From Chiloscyllium plagiosum (lineage: Eukaryota): a stretch of 20,000 bases of DNA. Every line of letters begins with the position of its first letter. The stretch's first letter is position 1. The notes below the pieces were generated by a model. The model was not told the DNA's origin and made no database searches. It was given only the letters and a program-made list of their open reading frames with translations. The stretch is from positions 9,081,117 through 9,101,116 of the forward strand of contig NC_057749.1 of assembly GCF_004010195.1 (NCBI RefSeq), given 5' to 3'. This document shows positions 1 through 9,480 of the stretch, in pieces. Made by a program: the position numbers and the translations under genes.

Positions 1-97
1 CATCCTTGATATATCCTTGAAATTGCATCAGCCAGCAAAACTTCCCTGTTAAGATCTCAAAGTGAAAGAAAAACTAACAAATCAAAAGGGAGAGAAA

Positions 98-230
98 GGA
101 TTTGCATTTGTATAGTAACTTCCATAAGCTCAGAATATCTCAAAGAGCTTTATAAGCAATGATGCACTTTACTGGAGTAGCCTCTATTGCGTGTCGGAAA
201 AGTGGCGTCCGATTTGTGTGAGGTGTTTCT
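98..230 (-). mobile_element. Degenerate 3' tail of a DeuSINE/SacSINE1-like element
   Basis: ttgcatttgtatagtaactt...caaagagctttataagcaatga resembles the reverse complement of the recalled shark DeuSINE tail. Confidence 0.5.
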
Positions 231-269
231 TCAGTGCAGTGTTTAAGATGTTTTTTAATCAACCTGTTC

Positions 270-356
270 GGAGATGCTGTGGCACACTCCTGGAGTAGGT
301 GGGACTTGAACCCAGGCCTCCTGACTTAAAGTACAAACACTACCAACTGTGCCACA
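270..356 (-). mobile_element. tRNA-derived SINE head
   Basis: Minus strand shows A box TGGCACAGTTGG and B box GGTTCAAGTCC; no proper tRNA acceptor stem. Confidence 0.65.
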
Positions 357-391
357 CTTCCCAGTGCAGTGTTCAATGCTTCTGCCCTTGA

Positions 392-462
392 TTATGTGAG
401 TCTATTTACAATTGATGTGCACTGTGCTTGATTGGAGTGGACTGTGACGAAAGTAACCAAAG
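392..462 (-). CDS. Probable last coding exon E (A-LVTFVTVHSNQAQCTSIVNRLT*)
   Basis: Strong acceptor cttttcccttctggttctctctacag; read from exon D it ends at TAA (392-394). It could instead be an internal exon using the weak donor att|gtaaat at 409. Confidence 0.55.
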
Positions 463-582
463 CTGTAGAGAGAACCAGAAGGGAAAGCAGTAGCATGGAA
501 CAGATATTGTGAGCCATTGTGACTAAAAACTATTACACACAGAGGCTGGAAAGTGAGACACATATAGATTTAGTATACTTTT

Positions 583-636
583 GGCCGAACAGACTTGATG
601 GGCTATAGGGGCTTTTCTGTACTGTATGATTCTATA
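583..636 (+). mobile_element. Short CR1-type 3' end remnant
   Basis: gacttgatgggc...ttctgtactgtatgattctat matches the CR1/HE1 tails elsewhere in the window. Confidence 0.5.
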
Positions 637-711
637 TCAATCAATGTCATCTCTGTATTGCTATGTGACCTAAAACAGACACCATAATTTACCAGCAGGA
701 TGGATAACCTG

Positions 712-1058
712 GGGAGGCAAGGGCTTAGGCCATATTATTGCTGGATTGTTAATCGAGGTAATGTTCCAGGCAACTGGGTTCAAATGATGCCATGGCAGAT
801 GGTAGAACTTTATTTCAACAAAAAATTTGGAACTAAGAATCTAATGATGACCATGAGAGCATTGCTGATTGATGGTGAAAGTCCATCTGGTTTATTAATG
901 AAAGAAATTGCCATCCTTATCTGGTCTGGCCTACACATGACTCCAGACCCACAGCAGTGTGGATGACTCTTAAATGCCCTCTGGGCAATTAGGGATGGGC
1001 AATAAATGCTGGCCCAGCCAGTAACACAGTCATCCCGTGAATGAATTTTTTTTTAAAA
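712..1058 (+). mobile_element. Shark tRNA-derived SINE (family with gggatgggcaataaatgctggcc tail), copy 1
   Basis: B-box-like gggttcaaat; body tgactccagacccacagca shared with 3296-3625 and 5517-5851. Confidence 0.8.
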
Positions 1059-1292
1059 ATGAATGATCTACCATAACGTGGAGGAAGGTACATGTCCTCA
1101 TGTCATTTCGTTGGCCTCTTACTCTGCTACTACAACATATTAAAACAGAATTCATGATGGAGGCACCCAGTAACAGGAACTATTGAGATCGTGATAGGAT
1201 GGAAGTTAGCTTCAGGTGAAAGAGACAGAAGCAGCCGATAAATTTAAGAAATAATGACAGCAGGAAGGACAGGTGACCAAAATAAACAATGA

Positions 1293-1577
1293 TCAGCAGG
1301 AGCGAAACAGGCGATGAAGGAATAATGAAAGAAAGAGCGAGTGAGAAAACTAAAGGGAGAAAGAGAGCCGCAACAAACATCAGGAATGAGAGAGGTGGTT
1401 AATAATGGAAAAACCAAGAAAGGGGGAGAGAGAGAAATAACAAAAAAAAAATCAGGGAAAATAAAAAGTCAAAACCAAGGAAGAAGATAACAAGCATTCG
1501 GTAAGAAAGAGGTTTAAAAATGAACCAATAGTAGGGACTTAGAAACCACAACAATCAAGCACCACTATCATCTCTCA
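1293..1577 (+). repeat. Copy 1 of a purine-rich intronic duplicated segment
   Basis: Colinear with 5400-5516 plus 5852-6034; the last 30 nt are identical. Confidence 0.85.
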
Positions 1578-1696
1578 TTGGCTGAACAGATCACCCTTCA
1601 GCCAACCTCATTCAGGGGAAAGAGGGACAACGATAAGAGATTACTACCCAGGGAATAAATCACACAGGGAGACCACAACAACACGGTGAACTGTAC

Positions 1697-1761
1697 CTTG
1701 CAATTTGGAGCTTATTTCTTCCAGAAAGGAGTCACAACGAGCACATTTCCGAATGGGAGAA
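1697..1761 (-). CDS. Coding exon D (SPIRKCARCDSFLEEISSKLQ), 65 nt, phase 2 to 1
   Basis: Strong acceptor tttccccttcttctgttgcag, donor aag|gtacag. Its only open frame is the one required by exon C. Confidence 0.78.
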
Positions 1762-2121
1762 CTGCAACAGAAGAAGGGGAAACATTAATAGTTTCTGAAG
1801 AGCTAGCCAGCGACATTACCAGACAAATGTTCTCATATCCAACTCCTTTTCACATTGAAATTTGAATGTGGTTATTTAAGAGGGCAGTGCCTTTAATGTG
1901 TCTAATTGCATGTGTTATAGTTCAGGGGGAGCCTGTGTTGCACTTTTCCCTGCATGTTGCAACCTGGAGCTGTGGATGATGAAGGTACAGAGGGTCCAAC
2001 AATATTTTCATTTCATGGCTGACCAAGAATTCATCTGGCTCATACCGTTTGCCACTAGCTTGTGTTGGAAGGATTTGCAGGGTGCTCCGTAACCAAACAG
2101 GTCGAGTAGATAGTGATGTAG

Positions 2122-2335
2122 AGGGTGGCGCTGGAAACGCACAGCAGGTCAGGCAGCATCCAAAGAGCAGGGGAGTCAACGCTTCAGGCACAAACCCTTC
2201 ATCAGCAATGTGATGAAGAGCTTATGTCCAAAACATCAACTCTCCTGCTCCTCTGAAGCTGCCTGACCAGCTGTGCTTTTCCAGCACCACACTTCTTGAC
2301 TCTGATCTCCAGTATCTGCAGTCCTCACTTTCTCC
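2122..2335. mobile_element. Palindromic Penelope-derived element with 15-bp target-site duplication
   Basis: Arms gctggaaacgcacagcaggtcaggcagc and gctgcctgaccagctgtgcttttccagc are inverted. tagatagtgatgtag occurs at both 2107-2121 and 2336-2350. Confidence 0.75.
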
Positions 2336-2350
2336 TAGATAGTGATGTAG

Positions 2351-3286
2351 TGTGACAATACTGTGGCTTTAAAAGGTGTATTTATGGCGGCACAGTGGCT
2401 CAGTGGTTAGCACTGCTGCCTCACAGCACCAGGGTCCCAGGTTTGATTCCAGCCTCGGGCAACTGTTTGTGTGGAGTTTGCACATTTTCCCCATGTCTGC
2501 CTGGGTTTCCACTCGGTGCTCCGGCTCCCTCCCACAGTCCAAAGATGTGCAGGTCAGGTGAATTGGCCATTCTAAATTGCCCCGCAGTCTTAGGTGCATC
2601 AGTCAGAGGGCAATGTGTCTGGGAGGGTTACTCTTCAGAGGGTTAGTGTGGACTGGTTGCGCCGAAGGGCCTGTTTCCACACTGTAGGGAATCTAATCTA
2701 ATCTTATTCCTCGTTTTTTTTAAGACAGAGGTAACGAGCAGTCTACCAGAGTCATGAGAATATACAACTTGTAAGACCATTTGTTTTAACATTGGAACAA
2801 CAGAAGGAGCCTGAATGGGTGGGGTCAAGCTCCCAGAGAACCAGGAGTTTTAGTTTCGCTTTCCATAGTTGCTATTAGGGTCTTGAAGAGATGGAAGCTT
2901 TTTTCTCCCGCTCTCTCTCTCAATTACAGTCAAAACCTGGGGGTCCCCTTCCTGCTGGGATTTGCATGTGAAACAATCTGTTTTCTGCACGTGGCTTCTT
3001 GCAAAGGGTGTATTTATGGAATGTTGCTATGTTGGAACAGTTAATTAGCAATAGTTACTGTATTTATTATTCTGTTAAGTTTTCCAACAGAGTTAAATTA
3101 TTCAAATTCTTTGTTTCTTTTGTTGTATTTTAACTATAGTGGATGAATAAACCGTGTTTTGCTTTAAAATTTGGTAGCTTGAAAAATCTGGAATGTAACA
3201 CCTTTTATTTACCTTTAAAATAAGAAAATGTTGGGGTCCAGGTTATCTTCTTAATATTTTGAGAGGCTTTGGTCTGGTCCATAACA
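2351..3286 (+). mobile_element. Probable solo LTR interrupted by an HE1 SINE
   Basis: Begins TGTGAC, ends CATAACA, has an internal AATAAA near 3146 and no coding remnant. No clean TSD (tgtag vs tatgg). Confidence 0.55.
2386..2704 (+). mobile_element. HE1-type V-SINE, near full length
   Basis: A box tggctcagtgg, B-box-like ggtttgattcc, core tgtggagtttgcacatt, CR1-derived tail ending in (aatct)n. Confidence 0.9.
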
Positions 3287-3295
3287 TATGGAGAC

Positions 3296-3625
3296 AGGGG
3301 CACTGGACTGATAATCAAAAGGACTCAGTTGATGCTCTGGGATTATGGGCTTAAATCCCAGAGCAGCACTCGGTGAAATTTAAATTCCTGGAATGGAAAG
3401 CTAATCCTAAAACCCCATCTGGTTCACTCACATCCTTCAGGGAAGTGAACTGCCATCCTTAGCTAGTCTGGCCTATATGGGACTCCAGACCCACAGCAAT
3501 GTGGTTGACTCTTAATTGCCATCTGAGATGGCTGAGCAAGCCATTCAGTTCAAGGACACTTAGGGATGGGCAACAAATGCTGGCCTTGCTAGCGATGCCC
3601 ACATCTCACAGAAGAATAAAAGGGA
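3296..3625 (+). mobile_element. Shark tRNA-derived SINE, copy 2
   Basis: Same body and tail as 712-1058. Confidence 0.8.
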
Positions 3626-4331
3626 AACAAAAACTTGCCAAATCAAATCCTGAATTGAGACTTGAAGCCAGAATGCCAGGCTGAGAAGCAGGAATATGAT
3701 GAACTGTGTCCAGTGTATTTGTTTAAATTTCCACATGAATGACAGTAAGGGAAGGTTGGATGAGCAATCTGGAGTTCAGATCTCATAATAGCAAAAACTA
3801 ATCGTGATTATTGTCATAGAAACCCAACATCAGAAAAGGGAACCGCATAACCCGTTCCTAATCCAGCCTCCACATGGTTCTACTTCAGACAATCAGCTTG
3901 ATTCGATAAAAGACAATCCTCTACAAATAGCACGTACAGAGGGGAACTCAAAGTACATCGTAGGCAGTTTGTTCCTTTGGAAGGGTTTTGCAGTCAAAAC
4001 CTTGCAGCCATGAGGCAAGGTCAGGTTGTGAAGGTTGAGGGAGAAACATTACGTAGAACACCAGGGAGAATTCCACCGTTTTTCAAACAGTGCCACATAC
4101 TGTTTTGCATTCACCTGAGAAAGTGCAATGAGATGTTGGTGTAAGTGTCCATTGAAAGAAGGTACTCCAACAGCACAGCACAATACACTGAAGGCTAAAC
4201 TAAACTGGAAGCGGAGTTGGAAGTGCCAGGCAAAATGCACATTGAAGTGGCCTTGTGTCTCAGGCTGGTGAACATTAGCAATAAATTCGGCTCTGCTACA
4301 TGCCAGGTTAGGGTGATCTGCTCAAAGGGAT

Positions 4332-5268
4332 GACGTGGTGGTGCAGTGGTTAGCACTGCTGCCTCACAGCGCCAAGGACCTGGGTTTGATTCCAGCCTCA
4401 GGTGGCTGTCTGTGTGAAGTTTGCGCACGCTGCCAGTGTCTGTGTGGGTTTCCTCTGGGTGCTCAATTTCCTCCCATAGTCCAAAGACGTGCAGGTTAGG
4501 TGGACTGGCCATGCTAAATTGCCCAAAGTGTCCAGGAATGGGCACGCTAGGTAGATTAGCTTAAGGATCTTGCGAAGAGTTGTAGCTTGGGTTGTGGAGT
4601 TGGTTGTAAGTTTCTTCGCTGAGCTGGTGGGTTGTCATGCAAACGTTTTGTCACCGTGTTAGGTAATATCATCGGTGTGATTTCCATGAAGTGTTGATAT
4701 TCTATTTTGGTTGATATCGAGATGCCCCAGTCTGTTAAGGTGGCTGGTATCACTTCTGGTTTTCATTTGTTGTGGTTTGTATATGGGGTCTATGTCAACA
4801 TACCTGTTGATGGCATTGCAGGTTGATAATTAGGCCTTAAGGAATTCCCGTGTATGTCTCTGTTTCGCTTGTCCTTTATGTTGTCCCAGTCAAATTGGTG
4901 GTCCTCTTTGTCTGCACATACTGAGATGAGGGAGACCTGGTTGTGCCATTTTGCTGTTAGTTGGTGTTTGTGTATCCAGATTGCTAGTTTTCTTCCAGTC
5001 TGGCCAATGTAATGTTTGTGACAGTTGTTATATGGGATTTTGTACATCACGTTGGTCCTGCCTGTTATGGGCATGGGATTTTTCATTCTTATGAGTAGTT
5101 GGCATAGTGCGGCTGTGGGTTGGTGTACTGTCATGATTCCTAGTAGTCTAATTGTCATTTCTGATTAGACATGGGAAATGTGAGGTTATGGGGATAGAGT
5201 AAGAGGTGGGATTCTCTTCGGAGGGTCAGTGTGGGCAGAATGGCCTGCTCCCACACTAGGGATTCTAA
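4332..5268 (+). mobile_element. HE1-type SINE split by a Penelope insertion (4332-4559 and 5163-5268)
   Basis: Head and core match 2386-2704; the SINE resumes after a duplicated gattag. Confidence 0.85.
4560..5162 (-). mobile_element. 5'-truncated Penelope-like retroelement: GIY-YIG endonuclease remnant plus 3' terminal region
   Basis: ORF 4790-5158 contains NVMYKIPYNNCHKHYIGQTGRKL (GIY-YIG signature). gattag flanks it at 4554-4559 and 5163-5168. Confidence 0.9.
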
Positions 5269-5399
5269 GGTGGATGTCTTGGTTTATCAAGTCAAGAACA
5301 GACTTTGTTTTTTCCACTTGCAGTTTGAGCAAATTGTGTATCATGAATCAGTGATTGGTTCAGAGGTTATGGTTTCAAGACCAACTCCACAGATCTAAG

Positions 5400-6034
5400 T
5401 CAGCAGGAACGAAACAAGCAATGAGGGAATAAGTGAAAGAGAGAGAACATTGCAGGAGGAGAATTGGAGTGAGAAAACTAAAGGGAACTGCAAGTGACAT
5501 CAGGAATACGAGGGCTGTTTTATTTAGTCATTAGATGAAGGCATCGCTGGCAAGACCAGCATTTATTACCCATCTCAGAAGGCAGTTAAGAGTCAACCAC
5601 ATTGCTGTGGGTCTGGAGTCACATGTAGGCCAGACAAGATAAAGATGGCAGTTTCCTTACCGAAAAGACATGAGTGATCCAGATGGCTTTTCCTAACAAC
5701 GGATTCACTGTCACCATTACACCTTTTCTTTCAAAAATTGAATTCAAATTTCACCATCTGACTTGGTGGGATTCCACCTTGGTTTCCAGAACACTCCCTG
5801 AATCTCTGGATTAACAGTCCAGCGATAATACCACTAGGCTGTCACCTGCTTGGGTGGTTAATAATGAAAGAAACCAAGAAAGGAGGGAGAAAGAGATAAC
5901 AAATAAAATCAAGGAAAATAAAAAGTCACAACTAAGGATGAATATGACAAACACTGGGTATGACAGAGGTTTCAAAATGAACCAATCGCAGTGACTCAGG
6001 AACAACAACAATCAAGCACCACTATCATCTCTCA
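5400..6034 (+). repeat. Copy 2 of the duplicated intronic segment, interrupted by a SINE
   Basis: Aligns to 1293-1577 once 5517-5851 is removed. Confidence 0.85.
5517..5851 (-). mobile_element. Shark tRNA-derived SINE, copy 3
   Basis: Reverse complement of the 712-1058 family (ccagcatttatt, gtgggtctggagtcac). Confidence 0.8.
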
Positions 6035-6035
6035 G

Positions 6036-6297
6036 GGCTGATACTGCGGTGCAATAATTGAGGGAGTGCTACACTGTCAGAAATACTGTTGCTCAAATGA
6101 GATGTCAAACTGAGATCTCCTCTACGTTCTCGGTTGGTGTAAAATAGCCCGGGGCACTTTTGCGAGGAAGGTTTCACCAAATTGTCCTTGTCAACATGGA
6201 TCCCTCAACCAGAAACAGCAAAAAGCTCTCGTCTGTTCACGGTCCCATTGCAGGATCTTGCAGTGAACAAAATGGTTGCCAGGTTTCCGACAGCATT
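6036..6297 (+). mobile_element. Degenerate DeuSINE (SacSINE1-like) core
   Basis: gctgatactgcggtgcaataattgagggagtgctacactgtc...atccctcaacc resembles the recalled Deu-domain consensus. Confidence 0.65.
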
Positions 6298-6341
6298 GGA
6301 CCCTCGTCCAAGGGGTTACCAGTTACAACTCTCAGTCTCAC

Positions 6342-6415
6342 CTCTGGTGCTTTTCGGATTCTTCACGCATGCTCCTTTGCTGGTGAGGTTTTCCCAAAAC
6401 TTCCATTTCGGCCAT
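6342..6415 (-). CDS. Coding exon C (MAEMEVLGKPHQQRSMREESEKHQ-S), 74 nt, phase 0 to 2
   Basis: Acceptor ttgttgatgttttgcag, donor gag|gtgaga. Open in the frame set by exon B. Confidence 0.82.
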
Positions 6416-6509
6416 CTGCAAAACATCAACAAGAGTAGAGGGACTGTATTCAGGACCATGGACCATCAACTACAACAACTCACATTGACATAGCAGCCTG
6501 AACTTTGGA

Positions 6510-6735
6510 AAATCTCCAGGTGCTGCACAGAAACATAATTTTCCATTGGCCCACGTAAGGAGATGTTAACAAAGGTGATCATTAGCTGGGTCACAGAGAT
6601 CTGTTTTGAGGAGTGTCTTAAAGGAGGAAAGGAAGAGAGATTCAAAAACTAAATTTCACAGTTTAGGTCCCAGACAGCTGAAGGCATGAGCACCAATGGT
6701 AGGCCCAACTTGGACGTGTGCAGAGATTCCAGACT
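6510..6735 (-). mobile_element. Old LINE (L2-like) 3' remnant
   Basis: ccacgtaaggagatgtta...ttttgaggagtgtcttaaaggagg resembles recalled shark L2-like tails; heavily decayed. Confidence 0.45.
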
Positions 6736-7155
6736 TAGAAATCTTCAAAGACCCCTAACAGACCCAGTGAGAGTTACATTGTTCCTGGAGTAAGCCTTTC
6801 CCGTGAGCAGGAAGTTGATACTCCATGAAGAATGTCGATGGGATCCACCAATGAAGTTTTTTTACCTGGAATCACAAATTCTGTCCCAAATTCAGACAGT
6901 GATGTGTCAAGACTGGAAGCCTGGGCTATAATTGCCACTGCCCTGTGGCCATATGCTTCATATACAATTAATTAATATTATTATTTTATACGCAAGGTTG
7001 CTCGCAGCAATTGGCCAATTCAGAGAGGTCTCCCATTGGAGGCCTGTGGTAGCAAATCCTTTTGTGTGTCAATAATGTTAGAGTGGTAAGTTGAACTTGA
7101 ATCACAGCACGTAGAAACTCGACAAGAGAGAGGAAGAAACCTTTAACTAACAAAC

Positions 7156-7240
7156 CTTCAGTTCCAGTGACGAAATCTTAATTTCAAGTTCAGTCTTCTC
7201 TGTCTTTCGGAGCCTTTCAATTTGTCTTAATGCTTGTTCC
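7156..7240 (-). CDS. Coding exon B (EQALRQIERLRKTEKTELEIKISSLELK), 85 nt, phase 2 to 0
   Basis: Branch-like ctaac, acceptor cctgtttccag, donor aag|gtttgt. E/K/L-rich peptide; phases match exons A and C. Confidence 0.85.
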
Positions 7241-7268
7241 CTGGAAACAGGCCCAGAAACAGTTAGGG

Positions 7269-8040
7269 GAGTCATAGAGATGTACAGCACGGAAATAGAC
7301 TCTTCACTCCAACCCGTCCATCCCGACTAGATATCCTAAATTAATCTAGTCCCTTTTAGAGTCATAGAGATGTACAGCACAGAAACAGACCCTTCGGTCC
7401 AACCCGTCCATCCCGACTAGATATCCTAAAGTAATCTAGTCCCTTTTAGAGTCAGAGAGATGTACAGCACTGAAACTGACCTTTTGGCCCAACCCGTCCA
7501 TGCCGACCAGATATCGCAACCTAATCTCGTTCCATTTGCCAGCACCCAGCCCATATCCCTCTCAACCTTTGCTAATCATATACTCATCCAGATGCCTTTT
7601 AAATAATGCAATTTTACCAGCCTCCACCACTTCCTCTGGCAGCTCATCCCATACACATACCACTCTCTGCGTGAAAAAATTGCCCCAGAGGTCCCTTTTT
7701 AATCTTTTCCGCATCACCTTAAACCTGTGCCCTCTAGTTTGGACTCCTGACCCCGGGGAAAAGACCGTATCTATTTATCCTACCTACGCCCCTCATGATT
7801 TTATAAACTTCTATAAGATCTCCTCTCAGCCTCCGACCCTCCAGGGAAAATAGTCCTAGTCTATTCAGCCTCTCCCTACAGCTCAAACTCTCCAACCCTG
7901 GCAACATTCTTGTAAATCTTTTCTGAACCCTTTCAAGTTTCACAGCATCTTTCCTATAGGAGGGAGTCCAGAATTGAATGCAGTATTTCAGAAGTGGCCT
8001 AACCAATGTCCTATATAGCTGCAACATGACCTCCCAACAA
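7269..8040 (-). mobile_element. CR1 (HER1-like) LINE 3' fragment with a triplicated 90-bp terminus
   Basis: ORF 7734-8027 (LYRTLVRPLLKYCIQFWTP...RRLRGDLIEVYKIM) is a typical CR1 ORF2 C-terminus. Terminal units start at 7269, 7359 and 7449. Confidence 0.92.
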
Positions 8041-8129
8041 TCCTGGGGCAGTATAGCATCTCTTCAGATGTACCCGTGTCCCTCAAAATACTTTGGCCAA
8101 GGCAACAAACTAGTCCCAAGAAGGTTAGC

Positions 8130-8290
8130 ATATTTATACTGGAGTGTGGGAGTCCCTGGTCTTTATTGCCCATCTATAAAGGAGGCGATATTGTGCCAAT
8201 TTTTCGTTGCATTCCTTGCACTGAATATCTCCCTGGAACTGTCCGGCAGGGAGTTACAGGATTCTGACCCAGTGACGATGAAGTAACAGG
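8130..8290 (-). mobile_element. Very old LINE 3' end remnant
   Basis: Minus strand gtcactgggtcagaatcctgtaactccc...gatgggcaataaa; the tail matches that of the 712-1058 SINE family. Confidence 0.45.
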
Positions 8291-8374
8291 CTGCCCAGGA
8301 GCACTCCAGTTTCCTTCCATTTCTCCCTCGACCTGCCTATCAGAGACTTCAGTGTACTTAACAACCAAGCCTCT

Positions 8375-9255
8375 AAAGAATTCCACACATTAACTCCCCT
8401 TGGAGAGAAGGAATTCCGCCTCATCGCTCTTAAATGGGAGACCCCTGGTTCTGAGATTGTCCCCTCGGACCCTCAACTCTCAAATAAGGCAAAACAACCT
8501 TTCCACATCTACCCTGTCCAGTCCCCGAAGAATGTTTTAATAAGGTCGCCCCCTTAATTTTCTAAACTCTGTGTTTAGTGAGTACGGGCACAACCCATTC
8601 AAACTCTCAAAAGAAAATTTTCCCATGAGCAGAACCAACATGGAGAATCTTCTCTGGACTGCCTCCGATATATGTTCCCTGACATAACGGAACCAAAACT
8701 GTCCGGGTTTGATCGGACTGGTGCCTTGTCTAATTTAAGCAAAATGTCCCAATTTTGCAGGGAATTCTTTCAGTGTGGAAAGAGGCCATTCAGCCCATCG
8801 AGTCCACACTGACCCTCCAAAAGAGCATCCCACCCAGACCTAGCCCACCCCCCCACTACTCCATCCCTGTAGTCCCACTTTTACCAACATTAACTCGCCT
8901 GGCCTGCATGCCTCTGGACTCTAAAGGAAATTCAGTGTGGCCAATCCACCCTGACTTGCACATCTTTGGACTGTGGGAGGAAACTGGAGCACCCTGAGGA
9001 AACCCACGCAGAGTATGTGCAAACTCCACACAGACAGTCACCCATCGAACCCAGGTCCTTGGTGCTGTGAGGCAGTTGTGCTAACCACTGAGTCACATAC
9101 CACCCATTAATACTCCATTTCCTTTGGACTGCAGGCCAACAGTTTGTTTGTCTTCCCTTTTATGCAGTGAACCTAGATGCGAGCTCACTGTGATTCATAC
9201 ATAGGGACTTCCAGATCCCTGGGTGCTGCAGCTTTATGCAATCCTTCCCCATTTT
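8375..9255 (-). mobile_element. Old CR1 fragment interrupted by an HE1 SINE
   Basis: Degenerate similarity to 7500-8040 and 16286-16640 (tctaccctgtc, ccaaaactg, ccagatccct). Confidence 0.6.
8770..9104 (-). mobile_element. HE1-type SINE
   Basis: tgcaaactccacacagacagtcaccc...gctaaccactgag is the reverse complement of the HE1 head and core. Confidence 0.88.
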
Positions 9256-9261
9256 CCCTCA

Positions 9262-9480
9262 AGAGGTTAACATGTGGATATCTCTCCCCAGCATAACTGT
9301 TGAGACTGGGTAATTGAATTGGATCAAGGTTGAGTTAGATTTTAATCAATAGGAAAGTCAACCATTTTGGGGATCAGACAGATCAGTGGAGTTGAAGTCA
9401 CAATCAAATCAGATCTCCTCGACAGGCAGAGCAGGATCAGTGGGCCAAATGGCCTACTTTTGCCCTTAAATCTTGTGTCC
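9262..9480 (+). mobile_element. Old CR1 3' end
   Basis: tggatatctctcccca...gggccaaatggcctacttttgccc is a CR1-type terminus. Confidence 0.55.

Noticed and set aside
270..356. tRNA gene
   Set aside because: A and B boxes are present but the cloverleaf and acceptor stem are not; it is a SINE head, like the other tRNA-like sequences here.
1500..1577. C/D snoRNA idea for the conserved 30-mer
   Set aside because: No true RUGAUGA box and no CUGA shared by both copies.
6866..6942. Minus-strand exon candidate ending cag|gtaaaa
   Set aside because: Poor polypyrimidine tract, and its phases do not fit between exons B and C.
7269..7540. CRISPR-like periodic repeat
   Set aside because: Whole 90-bp units are homologous CR1 ends with no unique spacers, and the DNA is eukaryotic.
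8069..8130. YFGQGNKLV peptide resembling an Ig/TCR J segment (FGxG)
   Set aside because: No heptamer-spacer-nonamer signal upstream, no V or C exons in the window, and it is wedged between LINE remnants.
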